DNA of 64,000 bases from an uncultured Spirochaetota bacterium (GTDB lineage: Bacteria; Spirochaetota; Spirochaetia; SZUA-6; CAVTHK01). Position 1 is the stretch's first letter; every line of letters begins with the position of its first letter. The position numbers and the translations under genes are program-made. This document shows positions 1 through 11,011 of this stretch, one piece after another. The notes below the pieces were generated by a model. The model saw only the letters and a list, made by a program, of their open reading frames with translations, ran no database searches and was not told the DNA's origin. The stretch spans positions 192,001-256,000 of the forward strand of contig CAVTHK010000003.1 of assembly GCA_963734495.1 (NCBI GenBank). Reading direction: 5' to 3'.

Positions 1-1927
1 CCCTCGCGCTCCAGAGGGAGTTCGAAGAGGAGTGCCGGGCGATCGGCCGGGCGGCGCTCGAGGAGCTCAAGCGCGACCCGCAGAAGACGGCGATCGTGCT
101 CTTCGGCCGGCCGTATAACGCCTACGCCCCGGAAGCCAACAAGGGCATCCCCAAGAAGATCACGAGCCGCGGCGAGCTCGTGCTCCCGTACGACATGCTC
201 CCGATCGAGGAGGAGCCGATCCCCGAGGAGTACGCGAGCTCGATGTACTGGGAGGCGGGGCAGCGGATCCTCAAAGGCGCCGCGATCGTCAAGCGCGAGA
301 GCCAGCTCTACGGCGTGTTCATCACGAACTTCCTCTGCGGCCCGGACTCCTTTATCGTGTCGTACTTCCGCAGGGTCATGGCGTCGAAGCCCTCGCTGAC
401 CCTCGAGCTCGACGCGCACACCGCGGACGCCGGGCTCGACACGAGGATCGACGCGTTCCAGAGCATCATCCAGAACCACCGGAAAATACAGGGCAAGGTG
501 AAGGACCCCGCGGCGGCGTTCCGCCCGGCGCGGGTGTCCATGGAGAACGCCGGCGCGTTCTTTATCGATTCGAGCGGCAGGAAGCTCAGCTTCACGGACC
601 CGCGGGTCAAGATCATCTTCCCGCCGTTAGGCGACCACGGCAGCTATCTCATGGCGGCCGGCTGGCGGCGCCTCGGCATGAACGTGATCGCGCTGCCGCC
701 GGCGGACGCCGAGACGCTGCAGCTCGGCCGCAGCGTGACGAGCGGAAAGGAGTGCATGCCGCTCATCGTCTGCATCGGCGGGCTCATCAAGTACCTGCGC
801 TCGCGGCCGAAAGAGTCCGAGGACGAGAAGCTCGTCTTCTTCATCCCGCACGCCCTCGGCTACTGCCGCCTCGGCCAGTACAACGTCGCCATCCGCGACT
901 TCGTTCGCGAGAACAAGGTCAGGGACCTCGCGACCCTCAACCTGAGCATGTCCGACCGGTTCGCGGGCATGGGGCCGAAGGTCCTGTTCAACGCGTGGAA
1001 GGCGATGGTGTGCATCGACCTGCTCGACGACATGTACTGCTCGATCCTCGCCCTCGCGAAGGACCCGGACGGCGGCGCCGCGATCTTCGAGGAGGAGTTC
1101 CGGAAGATCTGCGACTCCTTCGAGGGGATCTCGGGCGCGAAGTTCTACGATCAGCTGCGCGCTTCCTGGCGCGCTTCGCGCGATCCCGCTCAAGGCTTCG
1201 TTCGCGGAGACCGCGCGGATCGGGTTCAACGGCGAGTTCTTCGTGCGAAAGGACGCGTTCTCCAACCTGGGGCTGGCCTACCGGCTCGCGCGCAAGGGCT
1301 TTCTCGTGAGCACCGCGACGCTGACCGAGATCATGTACTACATGAGCTACCTGCAGAAGCACGGCATCAAGAAGGCCAACTACACCCTGGCGGGCTGGCT
1401 GGAGGCGGTCGCGTCCGCGGCGACGCAGCGCGCGGTGGAGAAGAAGATCAAGAGGATCTTCGCGGCCTCCGGCCTCGTCGACACCTCTCTCATCGACGTC
1501 GAGAGCACGACCCGCCATTCGAAGTTCATCGTGCCGAGGGATTTCGACGGCGAGCAGGTGCTCGTGCCCGGCATGACCTACCGGGACGCGTTCACCAAGT
1601 ACTGCGGGGTCGTCAACGTCGGTCCGTTCGGCTGCATCCAGACGCGCCTGGCGGACGCGGTCACGGTGCCGACGGCGAACATGAAGGGGAAGCGGGAGAG
1701 CTTCGCCTGCGCCGGCGTGCCCGTGCTCGCTTGCCGGCTTCTCCGACGACGAGCGCATCCCGTTCCTCACCGTCGAATCGGACGGCAATCCCTACCCGCA
1801 GCTGCTGGAGGCGAGGTTCGAGAGCTTCTGCCTGCAGGCGACCCGCGTCGCGAAGAAGATGGGCAAGAGCGTGGCCGGAGAGCGGAACGGATCGCCGCTG
1901 CCCGCGGCGGGCTCGAACGACCGCTGA
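1..1927 (+). CDS. C-terminal part of an acyl-CoA dehydratase activase-related (DUF2229-type) protein; 5' end outside window; indels near 1170 and 1735
   Basis: Motifs LFGRPYN, ITNFLCGPDSF, LELDAHTADAGLDTRIDAF, SGKECMP, GYCRLGQY, GPFGC and ESDGNP across ORFs 96..2027 and 1243..1977; TGA at 1925-1927 in the final frame. Confidence 0.8.
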
Positions 1928-1976
1928 TTCAGCCGGCCGGAGCGCGGCGCCGGCAGTCAAGGGCTCTCTCGGGGTA

Positions 1977-2048
1977 AGCGCCTGGCCGGAATCGAACCGG
2001 TATCTCAAGCTTGGAAGGCTTGGGTAATGACCATTATACGACAGGCGC
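1977..2048 (-). tRNA. tRNA-Gly (TCC)
   Basis: Reverse complement has a GCGCCTG/CAGGCGC acceptor stem, anticodon arm CAAGC-CT-TCC-AA-GCTTG and T-loop GGTTCGATTCC. Confidence 0.95.
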
Positions 2049-2082
2049 GGGCTTTCATTATCGTATGAAGGCCGCCCGCCCT

Positions 2083-2111
2083 TTGTCAAGGCGAAACGGC
2101 CGTGTTATGCT
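2083..2111 (+). promoter_or_regulatory. sigma70-type promoter, probably leaderless
   Basis: TTGTCA-17 bp-TATGCT with TG extension; ATG 2118 starts 6 nt after the -10. Confidence 0.6.
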
Positions 2112-2117
2112 GAGGCG

Positions 2118-4618
2118 ATGGCGAGGTCGGCTCCTGCCTCTGCGGTCGCCTTTGCGTTCCTCGTTGCATGGCCTCAGCCGATCGCCGCGCAGAACCCGCG
2201 CGCGAGCGTCGTTCTCCTCATGGACCTGTCCTACAGCCTCCGGCTTCGAGAGGGGGGCGTGCGGCGCGTCGACCTGCTGCGCGACGCCGTCTCCTCCCTG
2301 GTCGACGCGCGGGGGATCGAGTGGGCGCTGCTCTCCTTTCGCGACGTGGGCGATCTGCGCGTGCACGTTCCGTTCACGGAGGAGCCGGCCAGGATCCGCG
2401 CCGCACTTCCGGACCTTCCCGACGGCCGGCTGTCGCCCATCCGCGAAGGGATCGGCTGGGCGGGCGAGTACGCCGTCGGTCGCGCGCGCACGAAGAGACG
2501 GGCCGTGGTGCTCGTCTCGGACGGGATCGGGACCGGCGGAACGAGCTTTGCCGCGGCGACAGGAAAGGGTTTTGCCGACGAAGGCGTCGCCCTGTTCGTG
2601 CTCGGCGTCGACCACAAGGACAATCCCCCGATCCGCACGGCGCTCGAGGCTGTAGCGCTCGACACCGGCGGCGGCTACTACACATACCGGCGGGTCTATG
2701 ATCTGTCGCGCGCGCTCGCCCGCTTTGCCGCCGGCAGGGTCGGCGCCGCCGGCGCGGGGCGGCTCACCCGGCTCGCTCAGATCGACACGGGCGGAGCACG
2801 GGCGCGCCCGTCCCGGGCGGCCGCGCTGCCGCTCGACGCGATTCTGCTTGGAGCGGGAGCCGCGGGGCTGGCCGTCTTCGCGCTGCTGCGGATGAAGGGA
2901 AGCCGCACCGGGAGCCGGCGCGCAGCCCCAAGGCGCAAGCGCCTGATCATGCGGCTGGCGATCGTGCACCGCGACGCCCGCGTCGAGCGGCTCCACTTCG
3001 AGCGGCCGCCGGTCCGCGTAGGCGCGGGCAAGGACGCCCGCGTCTCGGTGCCCGGCGCGGGCAAGGCGGGCTTCTCGCTCGACTGGGACCGCGAGAACGT
3101 CTGGCTCGAAGCGGCCGCGCCCGTGATCGTCAACGGCGTCGCGCGCACGCGCAAGACCCTGCACGCGAACGACCGCATCGCGCTGGCCGGCGCCCGCATC
3201 GTCTTTCTCGGCATGCTCGTCCGCGAGGAGAGCGACGAGGCGCCCGCGCCGAGCGAGGGTGGACCTCACGCCGCTCGTGGCCGTTTCCATGGTGCTGGTG
3301 ATTGCGGGAGCGATTGTCGCGGCGGCGCGCGGAATGTCGGCGGCCGCGGCGGCTGCCGCGGCGCGGCCGGTGGCGCGCCTGGCGCCGGCGCCGGCGCCGC
3401 CTGCAGCGCCGCCGGCGACAGCCGCCGCCCGGCCGGAGGGGACGGTGCGGCCGACGGTGGCTGTCGCCCGGGCGGGGACGCCGGAGGCGATCGTCGGCGG
3501 CGGAGGACCCGCTGCGCCACGAGGCGCCCAGGCTCCCGCCGCCGAAGCCCGCCGCCGCGCCGGCGCCGCGGCCCGCAGCCCCGCCGCCCCCGGCCGCCGC
3601 CCGCGCCCGCGCGCGCGCCGCGGCGCAGCCGTCGTTCCCGCGGCCGGTGCCGCCGGCCGCGCCGGCGCCCGCGCCGCTGGCTGAGCCGCTGCCCGCGGTT
3701 GCCGCCGCGGGGGAGCCCGCCGCTGTCCCCGCCGTTGCCGCCGCGGTCCGCGCCGCGTTCGCCGCTCCCGCCGAGACGCGCAGCGTGCCGCGCTCTCCCG
3801 TCCAGCAGGTCGCCCCAGGCGGAGCGGTGCCCTTCTTCAAAATTGACATCCTCTTCTTCCACGCCCACCCGGACGACGAGAGCCTGGATTTCGCGGGCCT
3901 GATGACTCTGGCGGCGCGGCGCGGCCTCAAGGCGGTCGTCGTGCTGTTCACCGACGGCGAGACAGGCGTCGACCAGTACCCCGACCGCGGCGAAGGCTCA
4001 GGCTACCCCGCGAAGGTGCTGACCGGCGCCGACCTGGCGCGCGTGCGCGTCGATGAGGCGGACAAGGCGCTGCAGGTGCTGGGCGCCAGGATGTACGTGC
4101 GGCTCGGCCTGCCGAACCATCCGTACAACACGTCGGCCGACGAGCTGCGGCGCGATCGCATCCTCGAGTCCTGGGGCGGCGAAGAGCGGCTCGTCGGGCG
4201 GGTCGAGGAGCTGATCCGGGGATTCCAGCCGGAGATCGTGGTATCGAGCGATTTCAACGAGAAGGCCTACGAGCACTTCGAGCACAAGGCCGCGGGGTAC
4301 GTCGTGCAGGCCGCGCTCCAGCGGCTCTTCGGCGCCGCGTCCGGGCCGCCGAGGCCCCGCGGCGGCTACCTCGTCTCGGTCGACCCGTTCCAGGGACCGC
4401 TGTACGGAGACGTCGTGCGCCTCGACCTGATGAAGCCGGACCCTGTCTCCGGCCTGAGCTATCGCGAGCTGCAGATGGCGGCGCTCAAGGAGCACGCGAC
4501 GCAGGCGGACGCGTCGCTGCTGGGGGTGGAGTTCCTGCCCAACTTCCGCTACGAGCAGTATCACCCCGTCTACTGGAACCTGCCTGCGGCGCTCCCGGAG
4601 ATGCTGGGGGCGCGATAG
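2118..4618 (+). CDS. VWA - TM - FHA-like - TM - Pro/Ala linker - PIG-L family deacetylase (likely one gene with indels near 3255 and 3510)
   Basis: MIDAS DLSYS and VLVSDG in ORF 2118; FHA-like tail VIVNG...LHANDRIALAG; TM in ORF 3259; AHPDDE and HFEH in ORF 3302..4618. Confidence 0.7.
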
Positions 4619-4647
4619 CGGCCGCGGGGCGCAGCCGCCGAGCAAGC

Positions 4648-4683
4648 GAAAAAAAAGCCCCGCGGCTCGGGCGCCGCAGGGCA
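4648..4683 (-). terminator. Intrinsic terminator of fba
   Basis: GC hairpin followed by a T-run on the minus strand. Confidence 0.7.
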
Positions 4684-4706
4684 TCTGCTCGCGAACGGAG
4701 GCGATC

Positions 4707-5711
4707 TCAGTCCCAGGCGTGTCCGGCCGAGCCGAGGACGTCCTTGTTCTTGCGCGCGATCATCTTGGCCAGCTCGTCGCGGGCCGGGCCGAGGTACTTG
4801 CGCGGGTCGAACTCGCCGGGGTTCTCGGAGAGCACCTTGCGCACGATGGCGGTGATCACGAGGCGGCCGTCGGAGTCGATGTTGACCTTGCAGACCGCCG
4901 AGCGCGCCGCCTGCCGGACCTGCTCCTCGGGGATGCCGACGGCGTCCTTCATCTTCCCGCCGTACTTGTTGATGATGTCGATGTACTCGGTGAGCACCGA
5001 GCTTGCGCCGTGCAGCACGATCGGGAATCCCGGGATGCGCTTCTCGATCTCCTTGAGGATGTCGAAGCGGAGCGGGGGCGGGATCAGGACGCCGCGCGCG
5101 TCGCGGGTGCACTGCTCGGGCTTGAACTTGACGGCGCCGTGGGAGGTCCCGATCGAGATCGCCAGCGAATCGACGCCGGACTTCTTCACGAAGTCCTCGA
5201 CCTGCTCGGGCTGGGTGTAGATGTGCTTGGCGGCCTGGACATCCTCTTCGATGCCGGCCAGCACGCCGAGCTCGCCTTCGACCGTGACGTCGAACTTGTG
5301 CGCGTACTCGACGACCTTCTTGGTCTCCGCCACGTTCTCTTCGTACTTGAGGTGCGACCCGTCGATCATGACCGAGGAGAAGCCGCTGTCGACGCAGCTC
5401 TTGGCGGTCTCGAAGGTGTCGCCGTGATCGAGGTGCAGGGCGATCGGAAGCTTCTTGCCTTTGGAGAGCTCCTCGGCGAGGGCGACGGCTCCCTTGATCA
5501 TGAAGGCGAGCAGCGTCTGGTTGGCGTACGCCCGGGCGCCCTTGGAGACCTGGATGATCACCGGCGACGCGGAGTCGACGCAGCCCTTGATGATGGCCTG
5601 CAGCTGCTCCATGTTGTTCACGTTGTACGCGGGGATCGCGTAGCCGCCTGCCATGGCTTTCTTGAACATCCCTCTCGTGTTTACCAGACCTAGCTCTTTG
5701 TAAGTAGCCAT
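4707..5711 (-). CDS. fba: Class II fructose-bisphosphate aldolase
   Basis: ALHLDHG, SSVMIDGSH, VEGELG, IGTSHG, VLHGAS, KVNIDSD; start MATYKELG at 5711. Confidence 0.95.
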   Translation of the reverse strand: MATYKELGLVNTRGMFKKAMAGGYAIPAYNVNNMEQLQAIIKGCVDSASPVIIQVSKGARAYANQTLLAFMIKGAVALAEELSKGKKLPIALHLDHGDTFETAKSCVDSGFSSVMIDGSHLKYEENVAETKKVVEYAHKFDVTVEGELGVLAGIEEDVQAAKHIYTQPEQVEDFVKKSGVDSLAISIGTSHGAVKFKPEQCTRDARGVLIPPPLRFDILKEIEKRIPGFPIVLHGASSVLTEYIDIINKYGGKMKDAVGIPEEQVRQAARSAVCKVNIDSDGRLVITAIVRKVLSENPGEFDPRKYLGPARDELAKMIARKNKDVLGSAGHAWD

Positions 5712-5880
5712 CTTCCGTTCCTTCCTTGTGCGTTGGTGGGAGCGCCCGTTGGATGTGGGACAGGGCGGGCTGTCACGCGTCTTCGCAGGAAGCGCCGCAC
5801 TCTTCCCGCTACCGATACCCCGTCGTCCCGGAAAAGTCAAGGTCAGGAGGTGGCCCGCATACGCCTGGCCCGGCGCTCAA

Positions 5881-5910
5881 TTGACAAGCGGAGGGGGCCT
5901 TCATTAGTAT
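5881..5910 (+). promoter_or_regulatory. sigma70-type promoter of tRNA-Ala
   Basis: TTGACA-18 bp-TAGTAT ending 12 nt before the tRNA. Confidence 0.75.
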
Positions 5911-5922
5911 GGTCCGGATGCC

Positions 5923-5996
5923 GGGGGTGTAGCTCAGTTGGCTAGAGCGCGTGAATGGCATTCACGAGGTCAGGGGTTCGATTCCCCTCACCTCCA
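5923..5996 (+). tRNA. tRNA-Ala (GGC)
   Basis: GGGGGTG/CACCTCC stem with G3:U70; anticodon arm CGTGA-AT-GGC-AT-TCACG. Confidence 0.95.
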
Positions 5997-6046
5997 GAAC
6001 CCGGAGGCCCCGTGCTGAGCGCGGGGATGCGCGTCAGGGGGCTGTT

Positions 6047-7650
6047 TTGGCCGCAGACGTCGATCCCGATCTTGCCGAGCTTCTAGGAGTTGAGGAAGAG
6101 GGCCCCGATTTCGAGTCCCTGTTCGGCGAGGAAGAGAAGGAAGGACCGGCCGCTCTCGCCGCTTCGACCAGGGAGCGATTCGCTCCGATCAAGGCATTCG
6201 AAGAAGCCCCCAAGCCCTATTTCAACGACAAGGACTACTACAAGACCGTCCTGGCCGGCGCGCCGGCCGATCTCGCCAAGCGGTTTCACACGCTGCTCAG
6301 CAACTACCTGAACGCCACCGACCCGCAGGACCGCTCCATGCACAGGGGCCGGGTGATTCCGGCCTTCTGGGACATGGCCGCCGCCGTCGCGCGGCGGGCC
6401 GGGGGCAAGCTCGCGCCCGGCCATCGCATGCTGCTGCGCTTCGGCGTGCTCTCCCCCACGTTCCTCGAGCCCGAGCACCGCGACGCTCTCGCCCGCGTCG
6501 ATCCTCGACAACAAGACCAAGGAGCCGGTCTACTACGTGGACGAATGGCTCGCCATGGTGGCGGTCGGGAAGGATCAACGCGTCCGAGACCGACGAGATC
6601 AAGCGCGTGCGAAAGGACGCCGCCCAGAAGACGCTCGAGCTCGTGGACAAGCGCAAGGGCCAGGTCGAGGCCGAGCTCTCGATGCTGCGCAAGAACATCT
6701 CCAGTCTCGACGCGTTTGAGACGAACCTCTCGCAGAACGTCGGGCGCATTCTGCAGCACTCCACCCGGCCGGAGTACGGCGACGCCAAGGACGCCTATTC
6801 GGACGACCAGAAAAAGGCGCTGGGCGAGCTCGGCGAGATCGTGCGCAGGCTGCAGGCCGCGGATCGCGAAGTGGCCGCCTCCTACCGCCGCCTCGCGGAG
6901 CTGCACCAGGAGCTCGAGAGCCTCTCGGACAGGGCGGAGGGCGACGGCGCCGCTTCCACGGTCGACTCGGGCGCCGTGCAGAGCGAATTCCAGGTGATCC
7001 GGCAGATGGCCAAGATGTGCGTCGGGAGGCAGGGCAATCACTTCCCGATCCTCATGAAGAGCTATTTCCGCGCCACGCTGTCCGCGGTGGCCACACGCGA
7101 GAACGTGATCAAGGAGCTGGCGGCGGTCGAGCACCTGGACTCGCAGCTGTTCCATCGCTCGTTCAGGGGGCAGACCAACCGGGTCGTCCCGAACGTGATC
7201 CTGATCCCGTGCTACGGCGACGAAGGGGTCTGCTGGGAGCCGTTCGAGCGGCGCAACCGCGCCTCCAGCCGTGGCCGCATCGCCGTTCCCATGTACCCGA
7301 AAAAGGTCAACGAAGCCGTCATCACGAGCGTCGCGGACCTGCGGTGGCAGGTGGCCAAGGAAAGGGCGCAGCACCACTGGATGGAAGAGGGCATCACGGG
7401 GCGCTACTACCAGTGGTTCTCGGACAATAAAATGAAGGGCGACGTCAAGGACGCCTTTGTCCGCGACTACATCCTCTGGATCACCGCCGAAAGCCAGGGC
7501 ATGCAGAAGCTCGACCGCGAGGTGAGGGGCATCTTCTGGCGGATGATGCCGTTCCCGCAGGAGCTCAAGGACCAGCTCCGCAACCGCGGGTTCGTCTACA
7601 ACGACCTGTACAAGAAAGACCAGAACATCGCGCGCTCCGACGGGTACTAG
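6047..7650 (+). CDS. Hypothetical protein with central coiled coil (indels near 6500-6575)
   Basis: ORFs 5951 and 6607 join into one protein-like ~530-aa frame; TTG start at 6047 inferred. Confidence 0.65.
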
Positions 7651-7802
7651 GCGGACGCGGTCCTCCGCGTCCAGACCCGTGGAAACCGAGCGGATGGCGC
7701 GCCTGCGTCAAGTCCGACAGGCTGCCAGACCGCCGCGCGGCGCGGGCCCCATCGCCGGGGCGCCCCGAATGGCGACCGCAGGCCGGCGCCAGGGAGCGCC
7801 CG

Positions 7803-8075
7803 CTACCTCTTTTTCGGCGTGAAGATCGGGTGCAGGTACTTGTCGAGATCCCACTTCGCCGAGACGCGCTTCATGATGAACCCGTACAGGAAGAAGCTGC
7901 CCACCAGCGCGGCGAAGAACAGGACGACGCTGATGATCCCGAACGCCTGCTGCAGCTTGTCGCCGAAGATGGCGACGAGCGCCACCATCGGGACCGCGAA
8001 CAGGACCAGCATCAGGACCAGGTTGAAGACAGTCGCGCCCAGAATAAAGAGGGCCGTGTTGACCTTCTTGTTCAT
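7803..8075 (-). CDS. Small two-TM membrane protein coupled to lspA
   Basis: 90 aa, two hydrophobic helices, 4-nt overlap with lspA stop. Confidence 0.8.
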   Translation of the reverse strand: MNKKVNTALFILGATVFNLVLMLVLFAVPMVALVAIFGDKLQQAFGIISVVLFFAALVGSFFLYGFIMKRVSAKWDLDKYLHPIFTPKKR

Positions 8076-8575
8076 TCCTTTTTACTCCCTCTTTCCTCTC
8101 TCACGAAGCTCGCGAGCAGCGCGATGCCGGCCACGACGACCGTGGAATCGGCCACGTTGAAGGTCGGCCAGCGCTCGAACCCGAAGATGCCGTAGAACCG
8201 CACGCTCACGAAGTCCACGACGCCCCCGACCCGGAAGAACCTGTCGATGAGATTGCCGACTCCGCCGCCCAGTATAGCGGCAAAGCACCAGCGCTGGAAG
8301 GCCGTCAGGGTCTTCGAGCGAAGGTAGTAGACCAGGATCCCCGCGAGCACCGCGACGGGCAGCGCCCCGAGCACCACCGCGCGGACGCCGGCCGGCAGCC
8401 CGGCCCCCAGGCTGAAGGCCATCGCGGTGTTCCGCACGTGCCACAGCCACAGGAAGTCGCCCCAGACCTCGATGATCTGTCCCACGCGCATGGTCCGTTC
8501 GACGATGAGCTTGGTCGCCTGGTCGATCAGGACGATCGTCGGGGTGAGCAGAAGAGGGACGAGGTTGCGCCGCAC
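8072..8575 (-). CDS. lspA: Signal peptidase II
   Basis: DQATK, RNTAMAFS, GNLIDR, VVDF, PTFNVADS. Confidence 0.95.
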   Translation of the reverse strand: MRRNLVPLLLTPTIVLIDQATKLIVERTMRVGQIIEVWGDFLWLWHVRNTAMAFSLGAGLPAGVRAVVLGALPVAVLAGILVYYLRSKTLTAFQRWCFAAILGGGVGNLIDRFFRVGGVVDFVSVRFYGIFGFERWPTFNVADSTVVVAGIALLASFVREERGSKKE

Positions 8576-8580
8576 GGCCG

Positions 8581-9330
8581 CTACAGCCCCGTCGGGATGT
8601 CGAGGAGCACGCTCTCGAGGCCCGTCTTTTTCCGCACGAACTCGCTCATCAGCGTCACCCCCCAGGTTTCGGTCGCGTAATGGCCTGCGAACAGAACGTT
8701 GATCCCGGCCTCGAGCGCCTCGTGGTAGACCTCGTGCGAGGCATCGCCCGTGACGAACAGGTCCAGGCCCTCGTCGATGGCCTGCGAGACGGCGTGCGGG
8801 TCGCCCCCCGAGACGATGCCGACCGACCCGATGTCGGAGCGTCCGAACGGGAGCAGCGAGAGCGGCCGCGCGCCGATCAGGCCGGCCAGCCGTTCGAGCG
8901 GCTGCGGCTCGACGAGCCGGCCTTTGAAGCCGATCCGCATGCCGTGGTAGACGCCGAACGGCTCGATCGACGTGAGGCCCAGCCGCCGGGCGATGCCGAT
9001 ATTGTTACCGAGGTCCGGGTGCGCATCCAGCGGCAGGTGGACGGCGTAGAGCGCGAGGTCGTTCTGCACCAGAAACCTGACGCGGTCGTACAGCGTGCCC
9101 CGCAGCGGCAGCTGGCTGCCCCAGAAGAGGCCGTGATGCACGAAGAGCAACTGCCCGCCGGCCGCGACCGCCCTGCGGAAGCTCTCGAGCGACGCATCGA
9201 CCGCGAAGACCGCTCTGGAGATCTCGGGCCCGGAGCGCGCGACCTGAAGCCCGTTGATGGCCACGTCGTGCTCGAAGCTTCCGAAATCGAGCGTCGTGCG
9301 GACGAGCGCGTCGAAGTCTGCGAGCAGCAT
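8581..9330 (-). CDS. Nif3-like dinuclear metal centre protein
   Basis: NGLQV, VHHGLFW, HLPLDAHPDLGNN, AGHYATE. Confidence 0.92.
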   Translation of the reverse strand: MLLADFDALVRTTLDFGSFEHDVAINGLQVARSGPEISRAVFAVDASLESFRRAVAAGGQLLFVHHGLFWGSQLPLRGTLYDRVRFLVQNDLALYAVHLPLDAHPDLGNNIGIARRLGLTSIEPFGVYHGMRIGFKGRLVEPQPLERLAGLIGARPLSLLPFGRSDIGSVGIVSGGDPHAVSQAIDEGLDLFVTGDASHEVYHEALEAGINVLFAGHYATETWGVTLMSEFVRKKTGLESVLLDIPTGL

Positions 9331-9336
9331 CCGGCC

Positions 9337-9364
9337 ATTATAGAAGGCGGCGTCGCTTTGGCAA
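9337..9364 (-). promoter_or_regulatory. sigma70-type promoter of the nif3-lspA operon, probably leaderless
   Basis: Minus strand TTGCCA-16 bp-TATAAT, then 6 nt, then ATG. Confidence 0.65.
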
Positions 9365-9466
9365 TATCCGCGGCCCGGGCCCCCCGGGCCCGCGCGAAGG
9401 CGGCGGGCCGGTCTCGGCGCGGCCGGGCGCGGTGCGGCGGGCAGGCTGGTGCGCGCGCGGCTTTTG

Positions 9467-9494
9467 TTGACACTCGGCCCCCGGCTGCTATACT
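9467..9494 (+). promoter_or_regulatory. sigma70-type promoter of the HDOD gene
   Basis: TTGACA-16 bp-TATACT with TG extension. Confidence 0.7.
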
Positions 9495-9520
9495 GGTTCG
9501 GCTCTCAAAATAGGTGGTAT

Positions 9521-11011
9521 ATGGCGCCCCAAGTCGACGTAGTGCAGGTCAAGCGCGCGGTCAGCAACAGCATCCCGCTGACGATCAAGACCTACACGCT
9601 TCCTCACGAGACGGAAGCTTATATCGACCAGATTCTCGAGGTATTCCTCAAGGAGACGGGCTACGAAAACATAGTGACGCCCATCTCTTATTGCGTCAAG
9701 GAGTTGGCGGTCAACGCCAAGAAAGCCAATACCAAGCGGGTCTACTTCAAGGAGAAGGATCTCGATCTCAACAATCCCTCGGACTACGAGATCGGGATGA
9801 AGACGTTCAAGGAAGAGACGCTCGGGAACATAGATCACTTTCTCGAGAAGCAGAAGGCCGACGGCCTGTACGTCAAGCTGGTGCTCCGCGCCAAGAGCGG
9901 CACGCTCACGATTTCGGTGCACAACAACGTGGAGATCACCCGCAAAGAGCAGATGCGCGTCTTTGACCGGATCGCCCGTTCGCGCGCCTTCGAGACGATG
10001 GAAGAGGCGTTCTCGGCGGTCCTCGACAATTCCGAGGGCGCCGGGCTCGGCATCGTCATCCTGATCCTCATGCTGAAAAAGATCGGGCTCGACGAGGAAT
10101 CGTTCGAGCTCGAATACGAGAACGCCGAGACGATCGCCCGCATCGCCATCCCGCTCGACAAGGTGAAGCTCGAAAAGGTGCAGCTGCTCGCGCAGGCGGT
10201 GGTCCGCGAGGTCCAGGGCCTGCCGAAGTTCCCCGAGAACCTGGTCTACCTTCAGAAGCTCATCGCCGACAAGGAGAGCGAGATCCACGAGATCGCGCGG
10301 CAGGTCTCGACCGACCCCGCGCTGACCGCGGACCTCCTCAAGCAGGTCAACTCCGCGCTCTACATGCTGCCCAAGAAGATCGACAACATCGTCGAGGCGG
10401 TCAAGCTCGTCGGGATGCGCGGGCTGCGCAACCTCCTCTACCGCTACGGCAGCCAGAAGATCTTCGAAGGCAAGTACAGCGAGATGCGCGAGCTCTGGCG
10501 CCACTCCTACCAGGTCGCCTACTATGCCTACCACCTCGCGCGCCGCTCGCGCCGCCGCAACGAGGTGCTGGACGACGTGTACGTGGGCGGCATCCTCCAT
10601 GACCTCGGCAAGATCGTGGCCAACGCCCTGCACCCCGACCTCCTCGACCGCATCAAGAAGTTCTGCGCGGACAAGGAGATCCCCGACAAGCTGCTGGAGG
10701 ACTTTTCCATCGGGGTCAATCACGCGGAGATCGGCGCGATGATCGCGAACAACTGGAACTTCCCCGAGCAGCTCGTGGCGGCGATCCGCTGGCATCACGA
10801 GCCCGTGCAGGCGGACGAGCAGCATCGCGAGGTCGTCTCGATCGTCTACCTGGCCAACTGCTTCTCGAACCTCGATCACGGGATGCTCGAGTTCGAGCAG
10901 ATCGAGCCCGACATCCTCGCCCGTTTCGGGCTCAAGACCGGGGAACAGGTGCGCTCGCTCATGGAGGACCTCAAGAAGAACTTCGACAAGGAGCTGCTTC
11001 AGGGGGCCTGA
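9521..11011 (+). CDS. HDOD-domain protein with N-terminal HATPase-like domain
   Basis: KELAVNAKKAN and GAGLG boxes; DPALTADLLKQVNS, LWRHS, GILHDLGK, HAEIGA, WHHEP. Confidence 0.85.
   Translation: MAPQVDVVQVKRAVSNSIPLTIKTYTLPHETEAYIDQILEVFLKETGYENIVTPISYCVKELAVNAKKANTKRVYFKEKDLDLNNPSDYEIGMKTFKEETLGNIDHFLEKQKADGLYVKLVLRAKSGTLTISVHNNVEITRKEQMRVFDRIARSRAFETMEEAFSAVLDNSEGAGLGIVILILMLKKIGLDEESFELEYENAETIARIAIPLDKVKLEKVQLLAQAVVREVQGLPKFPENLVYLQKLIADKESEIHEIARQVSTDPALTADLLKQVNSALYMLPKKIDNIVEAVKLVGMRGLRNLLYRYGSQKIFEGKYSEMRELWRHSYQVAYYAYHLARRSRRRNEVLDDVYVGGILHDLGKIVANALHPDLLDRIKKFCADKEIPDKLLEDFSIGVNHAEIGAMIANNWNFPEQLVAAIRWHHEPVQADEQHREVVSIVYLANCFSNLDHGMLEFEQIEPDILARFGLKTGEQVRSLMEDLKKNFDKELLQGA

Noticed and set aside
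7705-7730. IS terminal-repeat-like AAGTCCGACAGGCTG
   Set aside because: No partner inverted repeat or transposase found
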